A stretch of 64,000 bases of DNA from the NCBI GenBank assembly GCA_002104905.1, contig MCFE01000423.1, positions 13,700-77,699 on the forward strand, in the 5' to 3' direction. The notes under the pieces were generated by a model. It had not been told where the DNA came from. It made no database searches and saw only the letters and a list, made by a program, of their open reading frames with translations. The stretch comes from Basidiobolus meristosporus CBS 931.73 (Eukaryota > Fungi > Basidiobolomycota). Positions 1-11,920 of the stretch are shown one piece after another. The translations under genes were made by a program, and so were the position numbers. How positions within the stretch are numbered: position 1 is the first letter of the stretch; each line of letters begins with the position of its first letter.

Positions 1-248
1 GCTCCTTCATTTCCTCTAAACAAACGAGCTTTCAGTATACGTGGTGAGGTTAGCAGCTAGCAAAACTATCGATGTTTACCAGGAGCTCCGGAAATGATGT
101 CGGCGTGGATAATTTCGCCGGTCTCAGCGGTGGTGACCACCTCTTTGGAGGTGGAGTAAGTGGCACGAGACATAACTGGACCCATCAATCTGCCAACTGG
201 CTGAGCGAATAGGCCAATACGAGATTTTACAAGTTGGATAGAAGCCAT
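1..248 (-). CDS. NDUFS4: NADH dehydrogenase iron-sulfur protein 4 (complex I NDUFS4-like), 5' part; gene runs off the window
   Basis: Mitochondrial-presequence-like N-terminus followed by HADIISGAP. Splicing a GT..AG intron (79..16) gives SGAPEEMKE, matching the fungal NDUFS4 SGAPEEL-R motif. Confidence 0.7.
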
Positions 249-507
249 GTCGTTGTTGAATCAATACAGTCGGGGCAAGTTGGTTAAGGATAAATAGCGA
301 TATTTAGATAGGAAGAATATCGCCTGTACAAACTTCAGTCCCCCCTTTCTTCAAATTCCCGTATGTCCACTGGCTTTTTGGGTTGCGAAATTGAGTGGGG
401 TGGATCATGGTCAACATGGGGTTCATCATGGCATTCCCCACAAAATATGGAAATTGGATTCAGACTGAATGCTGTATGCAACATTTAATCATGATTTTTA
501 TTCGAGT

Positions 508-985
508 TCACCAAACCTTGCATTCGTTCAACATATCTATCACTTGATCGAAGAGAAACCTATCTTCCGAGGGGTTCTGAAGTGCTAATCCCAAAATAAC
601 CGGCCTCGCTTCGGTAGGCCGCATGCGTGATATGCTGGTGGATATTTGGGAGGCATAGATCTGGTAAATGGGCTCGGTGTTGGCGCCGAGCAGATACTGA
701 GTGTTGGCAACTGGTTCGGAAGATGTCTCTACCGAGCTGAATTCATTGGAAGGTGGCGAGGCAAGTGTCGTGTGAAGCTAAACAAGCGTTGTGCATTAGC
801 GGGCTTTCCATTTGCACTCGGGCCAATAGATCAAGCTACTTTACCAAACTCCCAATCTTCCCAAATTGACTAACGATGACCAAGATTCTGTTTGAAAATC
901 CCAGTGTCAGCATCTCTGTGAATACACCGTTGATGGTCCTAGCTGCTTGCTTGTACTGTATGGGGAATGCGGCTTTCTGGGACAT
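508..985 (-). CDS. PSMG3: Proteasome assembly chaperone 3 (PAC3 family), 2 exons
   Basis: Exon 1 reads MSQKAAFPIQYKQAARTINGVFTEMLTLGFSNRILVIVSQFGKIGSL. After one intron with a GCTAAT branch site, exon 2 reads ...TQYLLGANTEPIYQIYASQI...RPVILGLALQNPSEDRFLFDQVIDMLNECKVW*. Confidence 0.85.
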
Positions 986-1236
986 ATTGTAAAGTGTGGT
1001 GAAAGCTACAAGGCACGTTGGTAGCCAGGAAATCGTAGTACTATTTACACAAAATCGATCGCCATTGATATCAGCAAGTCCGACTAAACTAACCAAAATT
1101 TTACGTCGAAATGGGTTGGTTATGCATTTGGAATATCCGTCAACAACTACAGTCAACAATTATTTGTTTATTAAAAAAGAGAATTCACCTCTAGAAACAC
1201 ACACTTACTCAGAGCTATCCTACACAGCACAACCAA

Positions 1237-2615
1237 ATGCCTCATTCTGCTCCGTCCCAATGGGTCTGTCTTGCGAATGCCCCAGGTATATAAGAACATG
1301 ATATCAGCCATAGCTACACATCCTAACGAATGTTATTCCTCACAAAAGACAAATTAGAATGCGACCCAGTCCTGATTCAACTTGAGCATCCAAAGACAGG
1401 TAGTTCTGTTAGCAATGCTCTTGCATGTCACTTGTTAATAACAAAGGAGCTTTAGGAAAGCCAGCTCGTTATCTACTACAGAATGGAAAAGTATGCGAAG
1501 TTCAAAAAATTGATTCCGAAGGAACACATTCTTGGTTCATTGACAACACTGTACAGCAAGGTATTCCACCCAGTTCGTTCAACGTGCGTTTTAGTTTCTA
1601 ACTCTGCGGTCGGGTCAGACGGCTCGTTGTTCTTTTTCACCCCAGTAGATCCGCTTTTTTTACTTATTCCGATCTTGGAGGCTGCACGGGAAGAGGCAAG
1701 GGCGTCATCGTTTATTTGTTGATCTCGAATAGTGGCTGACTTGAATTGTTGTCAGTAGAAGAGCGGCTCTGAAGGTGTGTTTCGGCAGTTAGATGATGTA
1801 TTAGGCGAAACATCCTATAGACACATTGCCGAATTGCCGGGGATCATGGAGCAATTGAAGAATATATGCGACTATAAAGGTAACGGGAACACCGCAAGCT
1901 TCTACTCAAATCCCCGCCATCGAATACTCAGCCCACTTTGGTTGCAGTCATCATAGATACGGTGCAGGTATACCGACTGAACAACGAGAAAGTTCTAGCG
2001 TGGCTGAAACGCAAGGTAAGCTCCAGGCTTCTGCACGACAGCCACGTACCAATTCTGTTTACTCCAGGTCGAAATGATTCTCGATCATTTCAGTAGTCTA
2101 CCGGGTCTGAGCCAACAAATACTCTTCTTAGACTCAGAGACTCTAACTGAAGAACAAAGACAAAGTAGGCTCTACGAGTAGCAGTTTACCCTTCTTTTGC
2201 TTATTCTCTTGATTCTCGGTAGTTCTTAAACGACGAGTCATCGTACAAACCCTAAGCGATTACCTGAATGCAGCCTGGCAAGACAGATTGATGAGCGCCT
2301 ATAAGTAAGGCCGTTGAAACACTGCCATGAGTGACCCTGCACTAACGAGCCTAGCTTTGAGGAGATAGCCAAAATCGAAAATGCCGCTAGCATGAGTGCA
2401 GTGGACTCTCCCGCCGATTACATCAAAAGAGCCACTCCTAAGGAGGTGGTTGAGACCAAGGTAACTTGGTCGCAGTAAATCATGGTGACCCACGCTAACC
2501 CTAACGGTATACTCTCGTGTAGAAACCCAAGCTCACTCAGACCCAGAAAAAGTTGGCCAAGGTGAACACCAAAGGGATGAAAACCATGGACTCCTACTTC
2601 AAGAAAAAGCCCTAA
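1237..2615 (+). CDS. RNASEH2B: Ribonuclease H2 subunit B (Ydr279/Rnh202 family), multi-exon; internal exon boundaries approximate
   Basis: Spliced motifs LIQLEHPKT, KPARYLLQNGKVCEVQKI, HSWFIDNTVQQ|DGSLFFFTPVDPLFLLIPILE, and C-terminal KVNTKGMKTMDSYFKKKP*. Confidence 0.85.
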
Positions 2616-2873
2616 GCTACCATTCCTCACCCAAGCTGTAGCCTAGAAAGGTCTACAGCCAACTGCGCCAACATTAGATTCAGGCCTTTCAAAGAGGCGC
2701 ATTAAAAGCAACTAGAGAGTGTGTGCTATCGATTCCTGATAATATGCCTCATCATGATATTGGAAACCCAGTAACCATATTAGGGTTAGTTGAATACGAT
2801 TATTTTGAGTTGTGCTAAATGCCAAGATTGCCGTAGTTATTTAAGAATCGGATCGCCCGTTAACGATTGGTAT

Positions 2874-3559
2874 TTATTTGGCGGAGTTTTGAAATTGGCA
2901 CTTTTTGCAGCGACGCAATTCGGCATCATCGGCGTATTTCTCGATAACGGGTTTCAGCTGGGTCCCAAGATCAGTGCAATGGAAACCTTCTTCGTAAACA
3001 ACCTCTAAGCAATTATCGCAGTACCACCGCAGACGATCTAAATAACACTAAGTAGCTGGCGAAGAACGCTCAAGGGCAAAAATACTGACCAATTTGGTGT
3101 GGCTGTCTTTGGCTTTCAATGACCACCCCAATGGTGTCCGCAAATCGAATGGGGTTGTGCGGGACGTTCGCTACAGTCACAAATCAAACATTAGGTGGGT
3201 TTCAGGTGGTTGTGAGGAGACGTTAGCTACCGGGTAATATGAAAAATTCTCCCTCATGAATGGTGATATCCTCAATCTTCCCCTCCCTCATGACCTTGAG
3301 CAGCATGTCTCCTCTATATTGGTAAAACCACTCCTAACGAAAGAAATGTTCAGCCGCTGGGGTCAGAAAGGCTTTGTGAGTAAGTGGGGAATACCTCGGT
3401 TTCGTTAATGTGAAAGTCGGTCCGCTTGTTTGGCCCGCCAACAGCCATAACAATGAAATTACCCTTGTGGACCAGGTAGTTGTTGACAGGAGGCTGGAGC
3501 TTGTCCTTGTGCTCCTCAATCCAGGCACGAAAGTTAATGGGTGGCAGTATGGAAGGCAT
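2874..3559 (-). CDS. BNA1: 3-hydroxyanthranilate 3,4-dioxygenase (kynurenine/NAD pathway), multi-exon
   Basis: Motifs [27 protein letters not shown]|[43 protein letters not shown] and RRCKKC. Confidence 0.95.
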
Positions 3560-3834
3560 GGCTCTCTAAGGTACGCTTTGGAGCCCACCAGCCCTTTATT
3601 AACCGACCATGTGTGCTGTGCTCATGATTGATTCAGGAGATAATATCGACCACAATCTTATCAGATATCATTCCGGAACCAGCGCTTGATCACTCTACCC
3701 TCGAAACCATCCACCATTTCAGCCCACCTTTTTTTCCTTTTTTTTTCTTGGAACTCATTTTGACTCCAGATGAATTTAATGAAGGCGAATTTTCGCTCGG
3801 TTCGAATCCCCTGCTTCCCCAGTCCACCTTCGAC

Positions 3835-4284
3835 ATGAAACACAACCACAACAATCCCAACAAAAACCTGCTGAAGCTTCGTCGCCAACGCAAGCAGCAC
3901 CACAAATCCAACCTTCGCGGGGTAGGAAAGTCGGACGGGGCCATCATTCGTAGCGCCATCCCCTCGAAGAAGAAGATCAAGCACCTCCAGAAGGCCATCA
4001 AATTTGTAAGTCCCACCCGTACCTTTATGTGTAGAGAAAGTCCATGGACTTACCTTGACCCCGTGTCTTTCAGGAGCAAGCCCGTCTGGTTGAGAAAGGC
4101 TTGGCCGTAGCTGAGGAGGAGATGAATGGTACTTGGATGTTTGACTCGCAACACGATCCTCCGTGACGAAGCTAATCATGTTTCCCCTTTAGATGTTGAA
4201 GAGCCAGTTGTTGACGAGAAGCAAGAGCTCGTTGAGGCCAGCAAGAGTGGACCTGGAACCACCTTGGGCGCCCCCAGCCAGTAA
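3835..4284 (+). CDS. ALB1: Alb1-like pre-60S ribosome biogenesis factor, 3 exons
   Basis: Basic N-terminus, SKKKIKHLQKAIKF|EQARL segment, acidic middle and C-terminal GPGTTLGAP. These parallel yeast Alb1 SKKRAKKIERNLKY and GQGTTLGGP. Confidence 0.6.
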
Positions 4285-4488
4285 TCCCGCCGCCACCCCA
4301 TGCTGGACCCAACTCACTCCCACTTCTGTAATCTATGTTAGCCTCTTTACTTCAGACTCGTGACACGAGCGACCGCTGCTTAATCCCAACGAACAAATAA
4401 ATAGAATTCATGATGGATGTATTTTTACTAGATGTGGGTGGCATACATTATATTACGGTTTATACATACGGCTCACAGGGACGGCTGC

Positions 4489-5163
4489 CTAGTAAACGTT
4501 CCCGCCACCCAGCAGAAGGACGATGAGGTGGGTTAGTCCCAAGGTGTACACGAAATCTCGAGAGAGCGATGGTGCGGCGCCGATCGGGGAGGCGATCGGC
4601 TGAGTGGTGGGGAAAATGGCCGTGGGCATGCCAGTGGCAGGCTTCGGTGGGTTAGGGGAAACTGGGGCTTGGGTGGGCACAGTCGACCGTGAAGGCCCGG
4701 GATCGTTGTAAGTTAGGTTGACGGTGGTCGCCCCAACCAAATAATAGGTGCCATTGTAGTTTCCGCCGAGGTAAATGTCCATCATGGGCTGCTGGAGCGT
4801 AGAGGTGCAGGCTGGACATGGCCCTACGGTTGTGATCAATGAGCCATTCACCGTCGTCACTGCCTGGGGAGAAAAAGGAGTGTACGGGCCGCCGTCGCAT
4901 GGGGCATAGCCGAAATATAGGCCTTTCAATCCAGGGACATCAAGGAATCCGTTGGCGTAGGTGGCACAATCGGGGTCGCTGCCGAAGTCCCAGGAAATAG
5001 TGAAGGGTTGGGCATGGGGAAGGGAGGTCCCAGTGGCCGGCTTCATACATCGGCTTAGGTCGGAATTGAACCCAGGGAGGAACTGCGCCGAAGCTTTGCA
5101 TGCGGCCTGGACATTGGTAGCGAGGCAAAGTCCAAGAAGGAGAGTTGATACGCTTTTCAACAT
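4489..5163 (-). CDS. Secreted, probably GPI-anchored Cys/Pro/Thr-rich cell-surface protein of unknown family
   Basis: Signal-peptide-like MLKSVSTLLLGLCLATNVQA, several Cys, a Pro/Thr-rich stalk and a hydrophobic C-terminus (LGLTHLIVLLLGG). Single exon with normal CpG. Confidence 0.7.
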   Translation of the reverse strand: MLKSVSTLLLGLCLATNVQAACKASAQFLPGFNSDLSRCMKPATGTSLPHAQPFTISWDFGSDPDCATYANGFLDVPGLKGLYFGYAPCDGGPYTPFSPQAVTTVNGSLITTVGPCPACTSTLQQPMMDIYLGGNYNGTYYLVGATTVNLTYNDPGPSRSTVPTQAPVSPNPPKPATGMPTAIFPTTQPIASPIGAAPSLSRDFVYTLGLTHLIVLLLGGGNVY

Positions 5164-5364
5164 GGACGAGACAGAATGAAACCACGGGCGAGTGAATGGG
5201 GGCGAAATGGCTTTATACACATAGGATCAGCAAGCTTGCTTCCTGGCTCCGTCCGAGTCTATTGGTTGAGCACTGGCTCAAGCCTGTTCTTTTACAATGC
5301 CAACCAGCAGCATACAGGTTACGGTTCATTCGACCATTGGATTGGGTGATGAATTACTTTCCAT

Positions 5365-5399
5365 CTTGCACCTTGCACCTTGCACCTTGCACCATGTAC
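5365..5399. repeat. CTTGCAC heptamer tandem repeat (4 copies plus a degenerate fifth)
   Basis: cttgcac x4 followed by catgtac, in intergenic DNA. Confidence 0.85.
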
Positions 5400-5647
5400 C
5401 TCAGCCAAGCTGATCCAACTTGGTTTCATGAAGGATCAAATGACTTCCCTTCCCTCTTGTTACATGGCTCAGGGGCCAACATGGATTATGGAATTTAATG
5501 GCCTAATTCCCAGCTCGGATTCCGCTAAGCACCATTCGTGCGGATTCCACCAACCACCAGTTGTCTACGTATGGCTAATATGACACCGCATGAGCCGAGG
5601 TTTGGATGCTGATGAAATTTAAGCTATGGGCGGCGCTCACCCCCAAT

Positions 5648-7064
5648 TCATTCCTTCGTTTTGGCCGCACACGACGCATATCTCCCGTTTTGGATGACTC
5701 GGTCGAGATCTGTGCGGTGTTGTTTCTGTCGCACCGCATCATTAGCAAACAAGCTGCCACGTCCCGGGGCGTGGGGGTAAGTGTCGCCCTTTCAATCCCG
5801 CTGCTGAAAGCACCTTCACTCAAGACGAAGCACCCAGTTCTCTCCGTCAGCTTCTCTTGGGGATGACGGCGGAGTCGGAGGATGGGGTTGTGGAATAGGA
5901 AGTATCGGGGCCATCAACGTGGCTTTCTCCGTAGTGCAGCTGCCGTTTGGCTCCCAGCAAGCGATGCTTGGATCTTCCCGAACTGAGTATCCCCCGTCCC
6001 TTACCTTGCTCGAATTCCCTTGGTGAGTTGGAGGGAGCGATGTCCCCGGCTTCTCCTCACCTGCTCGGGTAGAGATACACCAGGTGAGACTTGGTGGCTC
6101 CTTTAGAATATCCAATCACTATAGCTCCACTAGCCAGTTTGTTCAGGAGTGGTGGGAGGACGACAGGTGAGCTCATCTTCCGCAGCTCATGGTTCCATGC
6201 CACACCCCTACTCTCCTGATATAAAGTGTATAAATGCCGAGCGTTGGTGACTGCTGTAAAGGCACTTGTGGGGTGACCACATTCGGCCGGTCGCATCCAT
6301 ACCTTTCGTTTTCTTAAGCCCTGGCCCGCATGGTTACCTGGTGGATTGTTGAACACTCCATACCAGGCCATTCCAAGTATACGAGACACGTGGAGCTGGA
6401 AACCTGTCCCACTCACGGTCGTTCAATAAATCGGATGCAACCAATCCCTCCGCATTCGGCCATTCCCTCTCGCCTCCAAAAGATCCTTCACCAAGCCACC
6501 AGCGTCCACACCTTGACAGCCTCCTGTACCCGATACCACTCCCACCGGTGGTGACCAGAGGGTTCGCATCGGCGTGGATCCATCTCATCACCCCTAGAAC
6601 CGTACGTGCTGGTAATGGGACGTGTTTGTACAGGACTACCCAAGAATGCCCGGTTCCATGCGTCACGTCTACAGTTAGTTCCTGGTTCAGCGTTCGGCAT
6701 TCCAGGATTCTCGGATGAGGCTACCAGCATTGCTTGCATGGATGATTGATAGGCTGTTGATCCCCTATCCCGAAGTCGATGCCAAGGTGCAGAATGCCCG
6801 GGAAGATCGCATCGAAGAAAGAGCAATCTAGGCCCGGAACAGGTCGGTCCCACCATCAGCTCATGCTGATGGTAGCATCGGTGCGTAACCAAGATGCCTT
6901 CACACCCTTTCGTTCACCAATGACGTCGTCACGTTTGGAAGTGCTTGGTTCGTGTGGCGGAGAATTCGTTCAACTGGGTTAGTGCAATATTCCATTGTTC
7001 TCGTTTTCCGCGTGTTCATGCCAAGGGGAATTTGATCAACAGGGGGATGGTTTGGTGGAGGCAT
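5648..7064 (-). CDS. Hypothetical multi-exon host gene; model and product unresolved
   Basis: CpG-normal, GC-rich sequence with several donor/branch/acceptor sets (CTAACCCAG, GTGAGG, GTAAGG) linking open segments such as RRDAWNRAFLGVMRWIHADANP and VREDPSIACWEPNGSC. No family recognised. Confidence 0.35.
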
Positions 7065-7573
7065 CCTTTAGGATCAAGTAACGCCAATCATAACAGCTAC
7101 TCACCACTCCAAGCTATTGGTGTTACCAATAACATGTTGAGATGGTTCTCATGGATAATGCATTGCAGCGTAGCCTACCATACTACAGTGTATCCACCTA
7201 CCTACCCTAAGCTGACATCAACTTTGTGTCAAGGCTATGTGTTGGTTGAAAATTCTCTAATATTGGAAATCATCAAGAAGTTCAAGCATATATGAAGAAG
7301 ACCCTGACCTTTGCAAACACTCTCTTTGGATGAGCATTCCCATCCCCATTCTTATTGCAATACTCTCACAAAAGTGTACACACTCTACTTCCATGTGTCA
7401 AGGCTCCTCCAGCCATGTTCTGGTCATTCTTCATGATTCCTTAGCAGTTGTTCCTGGTTGGGGTTTACTTGATACATTTTCACTAAAATTCTGGGTACCC
7501 ACAAAATGAAAGCCTGCAGAGTGGCTCAAATGCCTACAACTGCACATAAATCTATAGAATATGACAAATCTTG

Positions 7574-8690
7574 TGTTACTGAATATTCACAAAATATCAT
7601 GTAGCAGAACATGAGAATAGATAAATGTCAAACAGCAAGCTTGAACACATGCTCTGGACTCTAAGCTATTTATATGTTGCTATGCAAAGACATGTAAAGT
7701 ATAAATATACTTTTACATTCAATAAATCATTAAGCAAAACCACATAATCTACTTGTCCTCCCAATCACTTCCAATATCTCCAAGACACTTACAACAGGTT
7801 ATGAGCCCTGATCTGTCACTCTCTGCAATGCCTACTACTGCTACCACTGAAATTTTTCCCTCTGCTGAAAAGTTGGACAGATCTAACTACCAAGTGTGGA
7901 AAGTGAAGATGAAGATGCTGCTACAAGAAAGAGGCCTTTGGGATATTGTCATTGGTGAAGAATGCCCTCCTAAACACATGGGAGAGGAAGCCTTAAAGTA
8001 CCAGGAGAAAGAACAAAGTGCCTTTAATTGCATTTGCCTTAATGTTAAAGACAATCTGCTAATTCAATGCTCAAGAGCAAAAACAGCAAAGAATGCCTGG
8101 AAGGCATTAGAAGACACCTACCAGTCATGTTCAGCTGCTAAGAAAATGTATCTGAGACAGATATTCTTTACTACAAAGATGCAGCTAGAAGAAGAAATGA
8201 AAAATCTAATCAACAGAATTACCCTGTTAGTTGATAAGATGGAATCTCTCTGCACACCAACTACTGATGAAGATGTGATAGTTACATTCCTAAATACCCT
8301 GACAGTTGGGTTTCATGGCCATGTTTTGGCCCTTGAGTCTGGAACTGAAGATCTGACCTCAAATTACATATACAGAAGGCTCCTGGATGAAGAATTAAGA
8401 AAATCAAGAACCAATCAAAAGGAAGAAGAAAATGCTTTAATGGCCAATGGACAGCCAACGAAGGTGGTGCTCTAGACCCCTTAAAGGCAACAACCACTTG
8501 TTTTGAAGCTACTGAAAAAGGAGAGGATAAACATTGGTCCTGAATATGGAAAAGCTGTACAACTGAAGATAGACTATTCATTTCTGCACTAAAATTGACC
8601 ACAAATAAGGATATTCAGGTAGGATATATTGACTCTGGAGCATCTTAACACTTTACACACCAACAAGAACTTCTTTTCTAACCTTGATAA
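7574..8690 (+). mobile_element. Ty1/Copia relic A: 5' LTR end, PBS, gag and protease start
   Basis: LTR-like end ...CAACA followed by the Copia-type GGTTATGAGCCC at 7797. ORF 7753..8475 has UBN2-type gag motifs (NYQVWKVKMKMLLQERGLWDIV). Degenerate IDSGAS protease motif near 8625. Left boundary approximate. Confidence 0.8.
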
Positions 8691-10583
8691 AAGCTGCACT
8701 GGTACATCTGTTTTTGCCTGCTTGTCCCTTAGCAGCACTCTTCTGGCTACCTGACATTTCTTTGCTGCTTGTTTGGAGCTTTCAGCCCTGCTTGTGAAAG
8801 CTCTTGTGGAAGCCACTGGACTTTAGCCATGACACCCTTGTTCTTCTGTGTTTGAGAGTTTCTGCCACTCTTGAGATACTTTCTGAGCATACCAATGCTG
8901 GCCCAAAATCCTTTTGCTTGCTTGAATCTAGGGTAATGCACATGAAACAGATCAAGTGCATTCTCCCTGGCCTTGGGCTCCTGATGCTCCTATGGTATGC
9001 CTACCTTGAGGCAGTGCTGTGTTAGACTGCCTACAACCTCTGGAATATTAGTTCACTCTTTATTATTGATCCCAAGGGCATTACAAATCTTCAATGTCTT
9101 GTGATTTTTAGGCTTGGGTATAAAGATCCTAATTTCTCCCTCCCATACTGTGATAGATTTTTTTATGGACTTTATTCTGTGGCACTATTGTTGTGCTTTG
9201 AAGACTTTACAGTGCTCCTCAACTGTCAGATTGCAGAAAGTGCTCAATTCTTGGCTGTGACATTGAGCTACTTGAGTTCCTCCTTTGCAGCAAAGATACT
9301 TCATTTGCTACCTGGGATATTGATTGCTTCACACATATCATCTGCTCATCCTGTCTTGGGACTATTCCTAGATTTCTTTGTGCCATTGCATCTATCCTAT
9401 TACCCTCTGCACCTAATTTCCTCATTAATGCTTTGGTATGAGCCAACAATATCCTTGCTAATACTGGTAGTGGAGATGTTATAGTGGTCATTTGCTGGTC
9501 TTCCACTGGAGGTACTGCATTTGCTACATACTCATCTGGCTGAGCATTATTATCAACTTGCAGCTCCACAGCAATTATCAGTTACCTAGTTGACTGAGAG
9601 CCTGAGGAGTCCACATTGTTACCTTCAGTGGACACACTGTCAGCATGGCCTTTTATGGATGTAGCCCTGCTTGTTGCATGGAATGTCCAAACAAGCTGTT
9701 GTCCAGCTATTTTTTGGCTGTAATACATGGTGGGGTTTGGTTGTGAACCTGACAACTTTACTTCATCTTTTGACAGCATACATATGAAAGTGAGTCAGAC
9801 TAAATGGGAAATAGTATTACCTGAATGTGTTTATGTGGTGCCACAGCATTATTGATAATGCTTATTATGGCGGATTATCACTGAATCTTACATTCATGCA
9901 GGTGCAATATCTCAAATACAAGACTGTTCTAAAATCACATGAGAATTGACATAAAATGTGTTAAAGCAGTGCTTCATTGTTGAGTGAGGAGCTGTTTGGC
10001 ATATGGACAAGACAACTTTGATTCAATGCCATTAGTGAAGTAAGAAATGACCATAAGGCAGTTGTAATAAGCCTCTGAGCCATGAAGCATGCTGACAGCA
10101 TAGGATGCATCACAAGGATCATAGCCAGCATTTTGCCACACAAGCCATATTTGAGCATCCATCAGTTATTATTGAACCGACAATATCTTGCTGGCCACTT
10201 GATACTTCTATAACAGCTCCTAGCCATACTTGTGACCTTATGCAAACAGAGTCAGGTGAGTTTGTGATGCCTATTGGCCCACCTCAGCCTTCTGATTGTG
10301 ACCTGCAGAGTGATAGCACTGAAGAAGAAGGCTTACTGATGAATTGTGAGCCTATCCCCCCTCACTACAGTACCATTCATGAGCTTAGCAAAATTCCAAT
10401 AGACTTGTTCCGTTGGATAGTGCCACATAGTGCCAGCCTGCTTATAGTGCCGGATCAATCTGGCACTCTACGGCACCATCTGGCACTATAATTTCTACCA
10501 TGATGCCAGTGGTATGATACAGTTACTGGTAATTTTACTCAATCTTACTTATGTTGCTCAGAATAGTGCTTTCCTTGCTTTAT

Positions 10584-11468
10584 TTACTCTTCATAATGCT
10601 CCAGACACATTTCTCTCAGTGGATGTCTTCTTGTATGAACATACTGTGCATTAATAAGTATCTTAACTATTTTACCTATCCTGCTGTTTTCACCTATATA
10701 TGACTTTCCTCTGTATTTACCTGCCAATATGCTGAATCTCTTCAGATATCCAAATGTGTGCTCTACCCTCACTCTGAAATGATTAAATATCTCATTGTAG
10801 AGCTTCTGCTTCCTGCTAAGCACACCATTCCTTGGCTTCCTATAAGCTGTAATACATCCTAATCTCTGACAATCCTCTCCTATATAGGCTAAGTCTGCCA
10901 TACATTTCTCCCCTCTACTGAATTCAGGATGATTCTCTACCCAGAGTGCTTTGTCATGCCTACTTCCAGCAAATGGCCCACTAAACCAGATGATGTTGCC
11001 CTCAATGTCAGACAGTGCTTGAAACTTCACACAGTGTGCCTTGTACTTGCCAGAATAAAAGTGCCTCTGCCCTCTAGAAGGTCTGTTAATCCTCACTGGG
11101 AAGGTATCCAAAATACTCCTGATATGGAACCTGTTGCTGAACACTCTGGGATATGGAAGTCTATTGGAGCTTCTGAACCTAGTATTCCAAGCTTGCTCTA
11201 AGTCATTCATACCCTCTGCAAGGTGGTTCTCCATTGCTGTCAGCTGGGAATGAAAGCTTCTAGGACTTTTGTTGCCATGGATGGTGGGATGAAACCTTGT
11301 AGGGCATTAGTTCTTGTAATAGCAGAGAAGCTTAACAAGGGATCTCCTTGAGTAGATTGGGGTTGATGGTCCACAGTACTTGGTATAGATCTCCTCCAGT
11401 GTGTCAAAAGGAAATCCAGTGGTAGTGATGGGATTGATGAGAAAAGACCATTCAGATGAGTAAGTCAT
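10584..11468 (-). pseudogene. DDE_Tnp_4 (Harbinger/IS5-like) transposase of copy 1, with a nonsense codon in the N-terminal part
   Basis: Motifs ILDTFP, GSRHD, MADLAY and RVRVEHTFGYLKRF. TAA occurs where copy 2 has TAT (near 11309). Confidence 0.85.
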
Positions 11469-11920
11469 ATTAAAATTGATGGATGATTGTATAAAGGCGG
11501 TTTGAATTGATTCGGCGCAATCCGCCTTATTTATCTGATTTTTAACACATTATGGTTAAATCTCCATCAATTGCCACATATCCCATCATTATGTCGCAAA
11601 AATCATCCGCAAACAATGCCTTGGTACTTTTATTGATGCTTTAATCATAGGTCTATAATCAAATAGGAAATCTGCGATTGATGTGATCTGATCCGTGTCA
11701 ACGCGATCCAAGATGCATCATGCATAATATATGGAAAATTCAACAATCACATTAGTTTTCATATATATTTCATATAAGACCAGGTTGATGCCAATATACT
11801 GCTGTATAAGTATCCAAATCCGTTGCTATGGTCCCCATACCAAGCCTCAACTCATCTTTAGTACAACCCAGACAAAACCCATCCCCCAGCTCACAAGCGC
11901 GGTCCGGACCGGAAAAGTCA

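Noticed and set aside
3628-3834. Upstream extension of the Alb1-like ORF, and overlapping minus-strand ORFs 3661..4179 and 3690..4016
   Set aside because: The extension runs through a poly-T promoter region, and the minus-strand ORFs cross introns of the real gene.
6660-6730. In-frame TGA after CKQC in one possible splice form, suggesting selenocysteine
   Set aside because: Other splice and frame choices avoid the TGA. There is no selenoprotein family resemblance and no SECIS evidence.
10401-10490. Short repeats with spacers that look CRISPR-like
   Set aside because: They are 8-bp subterminal transposon motifs in mixed orientation, in a eukaryotic context with no cas genes.
10105-10491. GEFVMPIG resembling the Gypsy RT VMPFG motif
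   Set aside because: The surrounding RT motifs are absent, so the segment is left as an unclassified repeat.
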